Of a stretch of DNA of 64,000 nt, positions 8,453 through 15,769 are shown in pieces. The position numbers and the translations under genes are program-made. Under the pieces are notes generated by a model that saw only the letters and a program-made list of their open reading frames with translations, searched no databases and was not told the origin of the DNA. Position 1 is the first letter of the stretch; the number at the start of each line of letters is the position of its first letter. The DNA comes from an uncultured Candidatus Peribacteria bacterium (GTDB lineage Bacteria > Patescibacteriota > Gracilibacteria > UBA4473): assembly GCA_964344775.1 (NCBI GenBank), contig CAYFOO010000001.1, forward strand, positions 13,087-77,086, read 5' to 3'.

Positions 8453-9013
8453 ATGAAAAAAAGTCTTTTTACTCTTTTAGCTCTCTTTTTCTCTATCCTG
8501 CTCACCGCCTGCCACAGTGACATGGAACAAAAAAAATTACTAAAAAATGAGGATGTTGGATGCCCAGAAATCTACCAACCGGTTTGTGGAAAAATAGAAG
8601 TGCAATGCATCACCACTCCCTGTGATCCAGTAGAACAAACATTTGAAAATGATTGTTTTGCAAAAAAAGCTAAAGCTACAGACATCCAAAAAGGTGCCTG
8701 TAAAACACAAGAGCAAACCTCAACAGAAGATTTAAACACAACTCTAAAAAATGCTCTAAAGGAAAAAATGAAAAGTCTTTCAAAAATAACTGATTTTGAA
8801 GTGAAAGAAATCACCCATCAGACCGACACCCACATCCGAGGAATTGTAAAACTGACCGATGTCCCGGGACAAGGTCCTTTTTTAGCAGTTAAAAACGATG
8901 GACGATGGAAGGTAGTTTTTCAGGGAAATAAAAAAATTATTTGTAGCGAAATGCTCGCTTTTGAATTTCCGGCAGAAATGCTTTTTGATTGTGTGGAAGA
9001 GGTAGAAATCTAA
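8453..9013 (+). CDS. lipoprotein with Kazal-like cysteine module
   Basis: Signal peptide with lipobox LLTAC. The segment CPEIYQPVCGK..C..C..NDC..GAC resembles Kazal spacing. The domain call is tentative. Confidence 0.55.
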   Translation: MKKSLFTLLALFFSILLTACHSDMEQKKLLKNEDVGCPEIYQPVCGKIEVQCITTPCDPVEQTFENDCFAKKAKATDIQKGACKTQEQTSTEDLNTTLKNALKEKMKSLSKITDFEVKEITHQTDTHIRGIVKLTDVPGQGPFLAVKNDGRWKVVFQGNKKIICSEMLAFEFPAEMLFDCVEEVEI

Positions 9014-10017
9014 TTACTATTCTGATTCACCAGCTCTATCCAATCAATCTTCGTCGGACAGCCTCTGATACACCGTCCACACCCCGTACACATCAGCTCT
9101 CCAAACTGTGCTCGAAAGTACTCTAACTTGTGAAATATCCGATGCTTAAACCGATTCACCAGCGTGTTTCGGAAAACGTGTCCTCCCGCGACCAAAGTGA
9201 AGTCCTTGTACATACAAGAATCCCATTTCGCACATCGCGTCCCACAACTCCCCGATAAATCGGTCTCATCCTCAATGTCAAAACACAAGCACGTCGGACA
9301 GAGCGTCGTACAATCCGCACAACTGAGACAATCATCCGCTCCTTTTTGCCAGACTTCATCTTTTTTCCACAACTTCTCGATCTCATGTGTTTTCAACTTT
9401 CGCTCACAATCGGCTAACTCCGCCTCATAATTTTCCAATGTTCCAATCTTCAAATCATCCAAAATCTTCTCCCCCTTCTTTGACCCACTTTTCACATGCC
9501 ACCGATCTCCTCGATCAAAAAGCATCAAATCATACCGATGCGTTAAATTCATCGAATCACAAAAGCAGTATTCGTCCTGCTGCTGGTCGCACCAGAATCC
9601 AACCAAAGTGAGACTCTCACGAAAAGTTTTATAAAAATCCATCGCCGGATCTGACTTGAGAAAAAGATGATCATTCACCGCAAAAGCATTGAGATCACAA
9701 AATCTCAATCCAAAAAGTACTCGTTTTTTTGACTTTTCCTTCGTCACCTTGATCTTTTCTCCTTTGAAACTAAAAAGCTCCTGCGTCTCGGGAAAAACAT
9801 ACTTCTTGCTCGTAAACCAAGAAATCCCCTCAAAACAAATTTCTTCCACTCCCTCCACTGGCAGCATTCGCAAGAATTGATCATCCTCTTTTTTCGCCGG
9901 GGCAATGATCTCCTCGTTCTCCTTTTGCAAAAGTGCAAAGAGATCTTTTAGATTTTGTTTTGGAAAAGAAATGCCTTTTTTATTCATTTCATCCCCATTG
10001 TAAAAAAACTTTTGCAC
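9010..10017 (-). CDS. 4Fe-4S dicluster protein, HydB (group 3b hydrogenase beta) / AsrA-like
   Basis: 335 aa with C-terminal cluster motifs CADCTTLCPTCLCFD and CTGCGRCIRGCP. It lies directly downstream of a hydrogenase endopeptidase gene. Confidence 0.6.
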   Translation of the reverse strand: MQKFFYNGDEMNKKGISFPKQNLKDLFALLQKENEEIIAPAKKEDDQFLRMLPVEGVEEICFEGISWFTSKKYVFPETQELFSFKGEKIKVTKEKSKKRVLFGLRFCDLNAFAVNDHLFLKSDPAMDFYKTFRESLTLVGFWCDQQQDEYCFCDSMNLTHRYDLMLFDRGDRWHVKSGSKKGEKILDDLKIGTLENYEAELADCERKLKTHEIEKLWKKDEVWQKGADDCLSCADCTTLCPTCLCFDIEDETDLSGSCGTRCAKWDSCMYKDFTLVAGGHVFRNTLVNRFKHRIFHKLEYFRAQFGELMCTGCGRCIRGCPTKIDWIELVNQNSN

Positions 10018-10022
10018 AATGT

Positions 10023-10421
10023 CTAAATCTGTTTGTTGTTTGTTGCTTGTTGTTCGTTGATCAAAACTTCAACTTCTTTTTTCAGTTTCTTGAGGTTTTG
10101 CTCCCCAAAAGGAATTCCAATTATCCTCATCTCATCAATCTTTCCACTCTCCCGCATCAGTTTCAAAAAAAATCCCAAATCCAGATCGTGACACGTCGAC
10201 GATCGGGCCAACTCCAAATCCTCAATCCGATCCAAAATCTGAACCTTATCAATTCCCTGCACCACATCCATGATCCAAATTACCCCAGATTCTGAAAGAA
10301 TCTCATTCGGACTTTCTGCTTTCACAAACTCAAAATCCGGATGATTGATTTTGGCCGCTAAATTTTTAGCCACTTCATCACCGGCTACAAATTCGTTCCC
10401 AAAAACAAATATTTTTTGCAT
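10023..10421 (-). CDS. hydrogenase maturation endopeptidase (HycI/HyaD-like)
   Basis: Start moved to MQKIFVFGNEFVAGDE (the GNxxxxD motif). Further blocks are IWIMDVV and STCHDLDLG. The C-terminal NEQQATNNKQI is encoded by the heptamer array 10030..10064. Confidence 0.55.
   Translation of the reverse strand: MQKIFVFGNEFVAGDEVAKNLAAKINHPDFEFVKAESPNEILSESGVIWIMDVVQGIDKVQILDRIEDLELARSSTCHDLDLGFFLKLMRESGKIDEMRIIGIPFGEQNLKKLKKEVEVLINEQQATNNKQI
10030..10064. repeat. heptamer array TGTTTGT TGTTTGT TGCTTGT TGTTCGT TGATCAA
   Basis: In-phase units that encode the C-terminus of the endopeptidase. Confidence 0.7.
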
Positions 10422-10492
10422 TTTTATCTTTTCTATTGATAGATTATCCTTTAAGAACGCATCTTTCAATAATGAAATTTTTATTCTTCTTT

Positions 10493-10527
10493 ACTTTTGA
10501 CTTTTAACTTTTAACTTTCGACTTATT
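10493..10527. repeat. heptamer array ACTTTTG ACTTTTA ACTTTTA ACTTTCG ACTTATT
   Basis: Non-coding or 5'-coding copy of the ACTTTTG family, sitting exactly where a hypF start codon is expected. Confidence 0.75.
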
Positions 10528-12759
10528 CCCACGTACAAATTTACCATCACCGGAACAGTTCAGGGCGTCGGATTTCGACCATTTATTCTCCGTGAGGCAA
10601 AAAAAGCAGGGTTGGAAGGATATGTAAAAAATACAGGCATCGGCGTAGAAATCGTGGCCAACGATAAAAATAAAATTGCAAAAATCCTAGAGAATCTACC
10701 CCCTCTGGCCAAGATTGATCAAATTAAGATTCAAGAAATCAAAGATGAAAAATTTAAAGATTTTGTAATTCAAAATTCTTCCCGTACAGACGCCCAATTT
10801 GGGCGTCTCCATAATACAAAAACAAATTTTTCCATCCCCCCCGATATCACCACTTGTGATAAATGCCAAAAAGAATTATTTGATCGGGATGATCGAAGAT
10901 TTCAATATTTTTTCACGAGCTGCACCGACTGCGGTCCCAGATTTTCGATTACAGAGCAATTTCCCTTCGATCGGGAGAATACCACCTTGGAAAAATTCCC
11001 TATGTGCCCAGACTGCGAAAAAGAATACAAAAATCCGGAAGACCGAAGATTCCACGCACAAACTATCGCCTGTGAAAAATGTGGTCCTGTATTGTCCTTG
11101 TACTGTAAAGACACGCCACGGCGTGTCTCCACAGGAAAAAATGCCATAAAAAAAACAATTGATCTTCTCAAATCCGGAGAAATCATCGCCATCAAATCGA
11201 TCGGCGGATTTAGCTTGATCTGCCTGGCCGATGAAAAAACGGTCACAAAATTACGATCCCTCACCCACCGAAAAAACAAGCCTTTTGCCCTGATGGCCAA
11301 AGACATAAATATGATCAAAAATATTGTTCATATTTCTAAGAAAGAACAAGAAATTTTGGAGTCACGAGAGCGGCCAATCGTACTATTGCATCGTAAAGAC
11401 GCCCAAATTGGGCGTCTCAATCACATATCAGAAAACAGCTTCCTCGGATTTTGCCTCCCCTACACTCCCCTGCACCACCTAATTTTTGAGCATCTGGATG
11501 AACCCATCATCTTCACCTCATCCAATCTCCCCGGCATCCCAATTACCACAAAAAAAGAACAACAATTTGTCCCCCATGTCCTGGATTATGACCGGAAGAT
11601 CGCGAACTTTTCGGATGATTCGATCGTAAAAGTAATCGCTGATCATCCCCTCCTCATCCGCCGAAGTCGCGGATTTGTCCCCACAGAAATTCAGGTCCCT
11701 AAAAATTATCAAATATTTGAAGATGATATCCTCGCCGTCGGAGGAGAAATGAAAAACACCTTTTGTCTCAAAAAAGGAAACTCACTACTCCTTTCTCAAC
11801 ACCTAGGAAACACAGCCGGACTCGAGAACTTTGAAAATTTTCGCATCACGCTTGATAAATTTCTGAAATTTACTGGTGCCAAACCAAAGGTAATTCTGTG
11901 CGATAAAAATCCCTCCTTCAATACCCATCAATTTGCTCATGATTTTGCGAAGAAAAATAAGATTCAATGTGTGGAAATTCAACACCACGTGGCACACGTT
12001 TTTTCGACAGCACTCGAACACAATCTGACGAACTTCATCGGAATCGCTGCAGATGGCACCGGCTGGGGAGAGGGTAACAAAGTCTGGGGCGGAGAAGTTT
12101 TTCATAATGATCAGAGAATTGGAAAACTCGAAGATCAAACCCTCATGGGCGGGGACATCGCAAATAAAGAACCAGTCCGGATGCTCATCGGAATTTTATC
12201 CAAATTTTTAGATGAAAAAGAAATCATAAACCTGCTTCCAAATTTTAATGAAAAATTAATTAAAAATTGTATCAAACAAAAGAAAGAAAACTTCAACTGC
12301 ATTGAAAGCTCCAGTTGTGGACGGATCCTTGATTGCATATCTATCCTCCTCGGATTGGCGGATAAAAATGATTACGAAGGGCGATGTGCACAGATGTTAG
12401 AAATAAAAAATGACCTTCCAAAATTTAAAATTAAAAATTTAAAATTAAAAATTAAGGGAAAAGATAATTTAAATATTTTAGAAACTACTCCTCTTTTTCA
12501 ATTTCTCATTGAAAAGCTGGATAAAATCCCAAAAGAAGAGCTCGCACATCTAGCCCAACTCTACCTGGCTGAAGGGCTTCTGAAAATCACCCAAGATCAA
12601 AACCTCCCCATCGTCTGGAGCGGCGGCTGTGCTTACAACTCAATCATAACCAGCTTTTTGATTTCAAAAAATGTACTATTCAACAAAAACATTCCTTCTG
12701 GAGATGGGGGAATTTCTGCCGGACAAATTGCATACTTCCTTTGGAAAAAATTTAACTAA
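10525..12759 (+). CDS. hypF: [NiFe]-hydrogenase maturation carbamoyltransferase HypF
   Basis: Contains an acylphosphatase motif (GTVQGVGFRPF), two CxxC zinc-finger pairs, a YrdC-like block (IAIKSIGGFSL, KNKPFALM) and a Kae1-like C-terminus. The track start (TTG 10612) cuts the acylphosphatase motif. The frame is open from 10501 with no ATG/GTG/TTG, so ATT 10525 is a guess. Confidence 0.85.
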   Translation: MPTYKFTITGTVQGVGFRPFILREAKKAGLEGYVKNTGIGVEIVANDKNKIAKILENLPPLAKIDQIKIQEIKDEKFKDFVIQNSSRTDAQFGRLHNTKTNFSIPPDITTCDKCQKELFDRDDRRFQYFFTSCTDCGPRFSITEQFPFDRENTTLEKFPMCPDCEKEYKNPEDRRFHAQTIACEKCGPVLSLYCKDTPRRVSTGKNAIKKTIDLLKSGEIIAIKSIGGFSLICLADEKTVTKLRSLTHRKNKPFALMAKDINMIKNIVHISKKEQEILESRERPIVLLHRKDAQIGRLNHISENSFLGFCLPYTPLHHLIFEHLDEPIIFTSSNLPGIPITTKKEQQFVPHVLDYDRKIANFSDDSIVKVIADHPLLIRRSRGFVPTEIQVPKNYQIFEDDILAVGGEMKNTFCLKKGNSLLLSQHLGNTAGLENFENFRITLDKFLKFTGAKPKVILCDKNPSFNTHQFAHDFAKKNKIQCVEIQHHVAHVFSTALEHNLTNFIGIAADGTGWGEGNKVWGGEVFHNDQRIGKLEDQTLMGGDIANKEPVRMLIGILSKFLDEKEIINLLPNFNEKLIKNCIKQKKENFNCIESSSCGRILDCISILLGLADKNDYEGRCAQMLEIKNDLPKFKIKNLKLKIKGKDNLNILETTPLFQFLIEKLDKIPKEELAHLAQLYLAEGLLKITQDQNLPIVWSGGCAYNSIITSFLISKNVLFNKNIPSGDGGISAGQIAYFLWKKFN
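10788..10808. repeat. 21-nt palindrome AGACGCCCAATTTGGGCGTCT inside hypF
   Basis: 10+1+10 perfect. Translated as TDAQFGRL. Confidence 0.85.
11109..11128. repeat. 20-nt palindrome AGACACGCCACGGCGTGTCT inside hypF
   Basis: 9-bp arms. Translated as KDTPRRVS. Confidence 0.85.
11397..11417. repeat. 21-nt palindrome AGACGCCCAAATTGGGCGTCT inside hypF
   Basis: Same as 10788..10808 with the central base complemented, i.e. the opposite orientation. Translated as KDAQIGRL. Confidence 0.85.
12424..12458. repeat. heptamer array TTTAAAA TTAAAAA TTTAAAA TTAAAAA TTAAGGG inside hypF
   Basis: Translated as KFKIKNLKLKIKGK. Confidence 0.75.
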
Positions 12760-13183
12760 TTGTCCCACCAGCTTTTTCAACCGCTTTTTTTGCAGATTCG
12801 GAAATTGGCACCCCAGCGATCTCTACTTTTTTTGTAATTTTTCCGTTCCCCAAAATCTTAGCCATTTCTTTTTTACTTATTAGGTTTTTTGTCCGAAGAG
12901 AATCAATAGTCACCTTTTCTTTGTCTTTAAAATTTTCTTCCAAAACAGATAAATTAATGGCTCGGACCGCTACACGATTTGGATTTTTGAATCCTCGTAA
13001 TTTTGGCATTCGATCTAGAACTCCAGATTGTCCTCCTTCAAATCCAAGTCGTACACCACCTCCTGCTCGAGCGTTTTGCCCATTCATACCTCGACCAGAG
13101 AAAGTTCCTCTACCACTCCCATCACCTCGTCCAACTCTTTTTCGAGTTTTCCGTGCATTTGGCTTCAATTCATTTAGCTTCAT
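12752..13183 (-). CDS. rplO: 50S ribosomal protein L15
   Basis: RVGRGDGSGRGTFSGRGMNGQNARAGGG and the rest are typical L15. Last gene of the spc-like block. Confidence 0.95.
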   Translation of the reverse strand: MKLNELKPNARKTRKRVGRGDGSGRGTFSGRGMNGQNARAGGGVRLGFEGGQSGVLDRMPKLRGFKNPNRVAVRAINLSVLEENFKDKEKVTIDSLRTKNLISKKEMAKILGNGKITKKVEIAGVPISESAKKAVEKAGGTIS

Positions 13184-13212
13184 TGTTAATTAGTTGTTAG
13201 TTATTATTTTCA

Positions 13213-13240
13213 GGTTGTAGGTTATAGGTGGTAGGTGGGA
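13213..13240. repeat. heptamer array GGTTGTA GGTTATA GGTGGTA GGTGGGA
   Basis: Left arm of the S5|L15 spacer structure. Confidence 0.75.
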
Positions 13241-13275
13241 GGGATTTGTTTAAATTATGCCCTACCCTACTCCGC

Positions 13276-13295
13276 CGTCCCGAGGACTCGGGACG
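13276..13295. repeat. GC hairpin CGTCCCGAG-GA-CTCGGGACG
   Basis: Centre of the S5|L15 spacer. An inverted sibling with a shared flank lies at 54629..54656. Confidence 0.8.
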
Positions 13296-13304
13296 AAGGC
13301 CGGG

Positions 13305-13332
13305 CAACCTACAACTTCCCACTTACAACCTT
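13305..13332. repeat. heptamer array CAACCTA CAACTTC CCACTTA CAACCTT
   Basis: Reverse-complement family of 13213..13240 (right arm). Confidence 0.75.
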
Positions 13333-14265
13333 TTATTTTTTACTTTTAGCTTTCGACTTTTTGCCTGTTTCCTCTTTCTTCTTCGTTGTTTTCGCTTTTC
13401 CCTTGTCCTCCGTAGCTTTAGCGGAGGAGGATTCCTTCTTTACTGGTGCTTTCTTTTTTACTGCCTTTTTTTCCTCTTCTGTAGTTTTTTCACTTTTAAC
13501 TTTCGACTTTTGACTTTTGACTTCTTCACTTTCCACTTCTGCCTTTTTCTTGTTACTTGGTGGTGCTTCTGTTCGAAGTAAATTTAATGCTTCAAAAGTA
13601 GCATAAGCGGTATTCAACCTATTTCGTGAACCATGAGATTTAGAAAGCACATTTTTGATCCCTGCTAGGTCCAAAATAGTTCGTACTGATCCTCCTGCGA
13701 TCACCCCCGTACCTTCTGGTGCTGGAATTAAAATTACTTTGGTTGCTTTGAAGTAAGCTTCAATATCGTGAGGAATAGAATCTTCAAAAATTGGAACCGT
13801 CACTAATTTTTTCTTTGCCGCTGCTACAGCTTTTTGGATCCCTACCATCACTTCTGTTGCTTTTCCTACCCCAAGTCCGACTCGTCCTTTTTTGTCTCCA
13901 ATCGCTACCGTCACTTGAAATCGCATTCGTCGTCCTCCCTTCACCACACGAGTCACCCGAGAAATCCGGAGGATACTTTCTTCAAATTCCTTTTTTTCTC
14001 GTTCTCGTCCACCACCTCGACGACCACCACGACCACCTCTCTGACGTTTATCCTTGTGATCCCGGAGGTCTCTTTGATCTGGCTTCCCTTTTTCATCAGC
14101 CTTTTTTTCCTCTTTCTTCTCAGAAGCTTCCCTGTCGGTAGAAGCTGAAGCAGCGGAAGATTCTTCTGCCGATTTTTCAGTGGAAGCATCTTCAGGCTGT
14201 GTGGCCACCTCTGCTGGTGCAGCAGTTCCTTCTTTTTCCGGTGTTGTAGTAGCGTCTTCAGACAT
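13333..14265 (-). CDS. rpsE: 30S ribosomal protein S5 with long N- and C-terminal low-complexity extensions
   Basis: The core (ISRVTRVVKGGRRMRF...GTGVIAGGSVRTILDLAGIKNVLSKSHGS) is flanked by about 95 aa of acidic/RGG sequence and about 85 aa of Lys-rich tail. The tail is encoded by repeat modules. Confidence 0.9.
   Translation of the reverse strand: MSEDATTTPEKEGTAAPAEVATQPEDASTEKSAEESSAASASTDREASEKKEEKKADEKGKPDQRDLRDHKDKRQRGGRGGRRGGGREREKKEFEESILRISRVTRVVKGGRRMRFQVTVAIGDKKGRVGLGVGKATEVMVGIQKAVAAAKKKLVTVPIFEDSIPHDIEAYFKATKVILIPAPEGTGVIAGGSVRTILDLAGIKNVLSKSHGSRNRLNTAYATFEALNLLRTEAPPSNKKKAEVESEEVKSQKSKVKSEKTTEEEKKAVKKKAPVKKESSSAKATEDKGKAKTTKKKEETGKKSKAKSKK
13342..13362. repeat. heptamer array ACTTTTA GCTTTCG ACTTTTT (last codons of rpsE)
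   Basis: Encodes ...KSKAKSKK. Confidence 0.7.
13401..13431. repeat. CCTTGTCCTCCGTAGCTTTAGCGGAGGAGGA module inside the rpsE tail
   Basis: Family CCTGTCCGCCGTAGCCTTGGCGAAGGAGGA (42178..42210, 33288..33320). Translated as SSSAKATEDKG. Confidence 0.7.
13492..13526. repeat. heptamer array ACTTTTA ACTTTCG ACTTTTG ACTTTTG ACTTCTT inside the rpsE tail
   Basis: Encodes VKSQKSKVKS, the identical peptide to the carA insertion. Confidence 0.8.
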
Positions 14266-14341
14266 TATTATTTAGTTATAAATTTTTTCCTTAATTTTAA
14301 ACTTTGCATTTTAAATTTTTAATTTTGAAATTTTGATGAAA

Positions 14342-14680
14342 TCAAAACTTCAACCCTCCTTCGCGAGCTCCTTCTGCCAAGGCTTTTACTTGGCCATGGT
14401 ATTGATAACCATTTCGATCAAAGGCTACTTCTTCTACTTTTTTGGTCTTTGCCAATTTAGCAATTTCAGTCCCTACTTTTTTTGCTCCTTCGATTCCTGC
14501 TTTTCCTTTTAAGTTTGATGTTCCACAGAGTACTTTCCCAGTGCTGTCATCAACAATCTGAGCATAAATTGCTCGCAGAGAACGAAAAACAATCAGTCTA
14601 TTTCTTTCACTTGCACGAGCCTGTGCATGAGTTCTTCTCGCACGAGCTTGTCTTCTGTTAGCTTTTTCTTGGATATTCAT
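14342..14680 (-). CDS. rplR: 50S ribosomal protein L18
   Basis: 112 aa, typical L18 ([45 protein letters not shown]). Confidence 0.95.
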   Translation of the reverse strand: MNIQEKANRRQARARRTHAQARASERNRLIVFRSLRAIYAQIVDDSTGKVLCGTSNLKGKAGIEGAKKVGTEIAKLAKTKKVEEVAFDRNGYQYHGQVKALAEGAREGGLKF

Positions 14681-14742
14681 TTGTTCTTATTTACAAGATA
14701 TTTTCGTCACCCTGAGCGAAGTCGAAGGGTCTACCTTAATTT

Positions 14743-15300
14743 TTATGCTGCTTTAGCAGCGGATTTACCGGCTTTTCGAGCAACCTGCTCATCAATGTAC
14801 CGGATTCCTTTTCCTTTGTACGGCTCTGGTTTCCGATATTCACGAATATTAGCCGCTACCTGCCCTACCAATTGTTTATTGATTCCAGAAATCATAACAA
14901 TGTTATTATTTTTCTCATCTGGAAAACTGATTTCGATCCCTTCAGGAATGTTGAAATTGATTGGATGAGAAAATCCCAATTGCATTTCTAGAATTTTCCC
15001 CTTCAGGGCCACTCGATACCCTACTCCTTTGATCTCCAGAGTTTTGCTAAATCCATTTGATACCCCATCAACTAAATTTTGAGCAAGACTTTGATAAAGC
15101 CCATGTCGAGATTTAGCTTCCTTAGAATCATCTTTTCGACTTACCAAAAGTTGTCCATCTTCTATTTTTAGAGAAACATATTCTGGTTCAAATTTTTGGG
15201 TAAGTGTTCCCTTCGCTCCTTTTACAGACAATACATCATCCTGGATGGATATCTCCACTCCTGATGGTACAACTACTGGTTTATTTCCTATTCGAGACAT
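14743..15300 (-). CDS. rplF: 50S ribosomal protein L6
   Basis: 185 aa, begins MSRIGNKPVVVPSGVEI and contains LEIKGVGYRV. Confidence 0.95.
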   Translation of the reverse strand: MSRIGNKPVVVPSGVEISIQDDVLSVKGAKGTLTQKFEPEYVSLKIEDGQLLVSRKDDSKEAKSRHGLYQSLAQNLVDGVSNGFSKTLEIKGVGYRVALKGKILEMQLGFSHPINFNIPEGIEISFPDEKNNNIVMISGINKQLVGQVAANIREYRKPEPYKGKGIRYIDEQVARKAGKSAAKAA

Positions 15301-15303
15301 GAT

Positions 15304-15394
15304 TTAGTTATTAGTGGTTAGTTATTAGTGGTTAGTTTTTAGTTCTTAGTTTTTAATTCCGAAATCCGCATTTCGCATTCCGAAATTGAATTAG
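15304..15394. repeat. 13-unit in-phase heptamer array filling the whole rplF-rpsH spacer
   Basis: TTAGTTA TTAGTGG TTAGTTA TTAGTGG TTAGTTT TTAGTTC TTAGTTT TTAATTC CGAAATC CGCATTT CGCATTC CGAAATT GAATTAG. Confidence 0.85.
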
Positions 15395-15765
15395 CTTATT
15401 TCACATAATATTTCCCCCCCGATCTTCAATGCCCTGGCTTCATATCCCGTCATTACTCCTTTTGAAGTAGAAACGACCAATATTCCAAATCCGTTTGCTA
15501 CTTTCCGAATATCCTCTGCCCCAATGTAAATTCTCTGTCCTGGCTTCGAAACTCTTTTAAGGTTCATTGATTTTTCTGGTAATTCCAACTTGAGCACATC
15601 AAACTTATCAGCCTTTTCTTTTTTCACAGACTTCAAAAAATCATTTTTTTGCATTACTTTTGCAATTCGTTCTTTTGCTTGAGAATAAGGAATTTCTACC
15701 ATCCCCTGCTCAGCCATCTGAGCATTTCTGATTCGAGTGAGAAAATCTGCAATTGGATCGGTCAT
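15391..15765 (-). CDS. rpsH: 30S ribosomal protein S8
   Basis: 124 aa, begins MTDPIADFLTRIRNA and contains STSKGVMT. Confidence 0.95.
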   Translation of the reverse strand: MTDPIADFLTRIRNAQMAEQGMVEIPYSQAKERIAKVMQKNDFLKSVKKEKADKFDVLKLELPEKSMNLKRVSKPGQRIYIGAEDIRKVANGFGILVVSTSKGVMTGYEARALKIGGEILCEIS

Positions 15766-15769
15766 ATTA

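Noticed and set aside
10472-10507. Programmed frameshift from the ATG-initiated mini-ORF MKFLFFFTFDF into the hypF frame
   Set aside because: The required -1 shift would have to happen at C-UUU-UAA, where the shifted codon does not re-pair. There is no slippery heptamer of the X-XXY-YYZ type and no downstream structure.
10612-10614. TTG start for hypF as given by the ORF track
   Set aside because: It would remove the conserved acylphosphatase motif GTVQGVGFRPF, which is encoded in frame just upstream. The true start must lie at or before about 10530.
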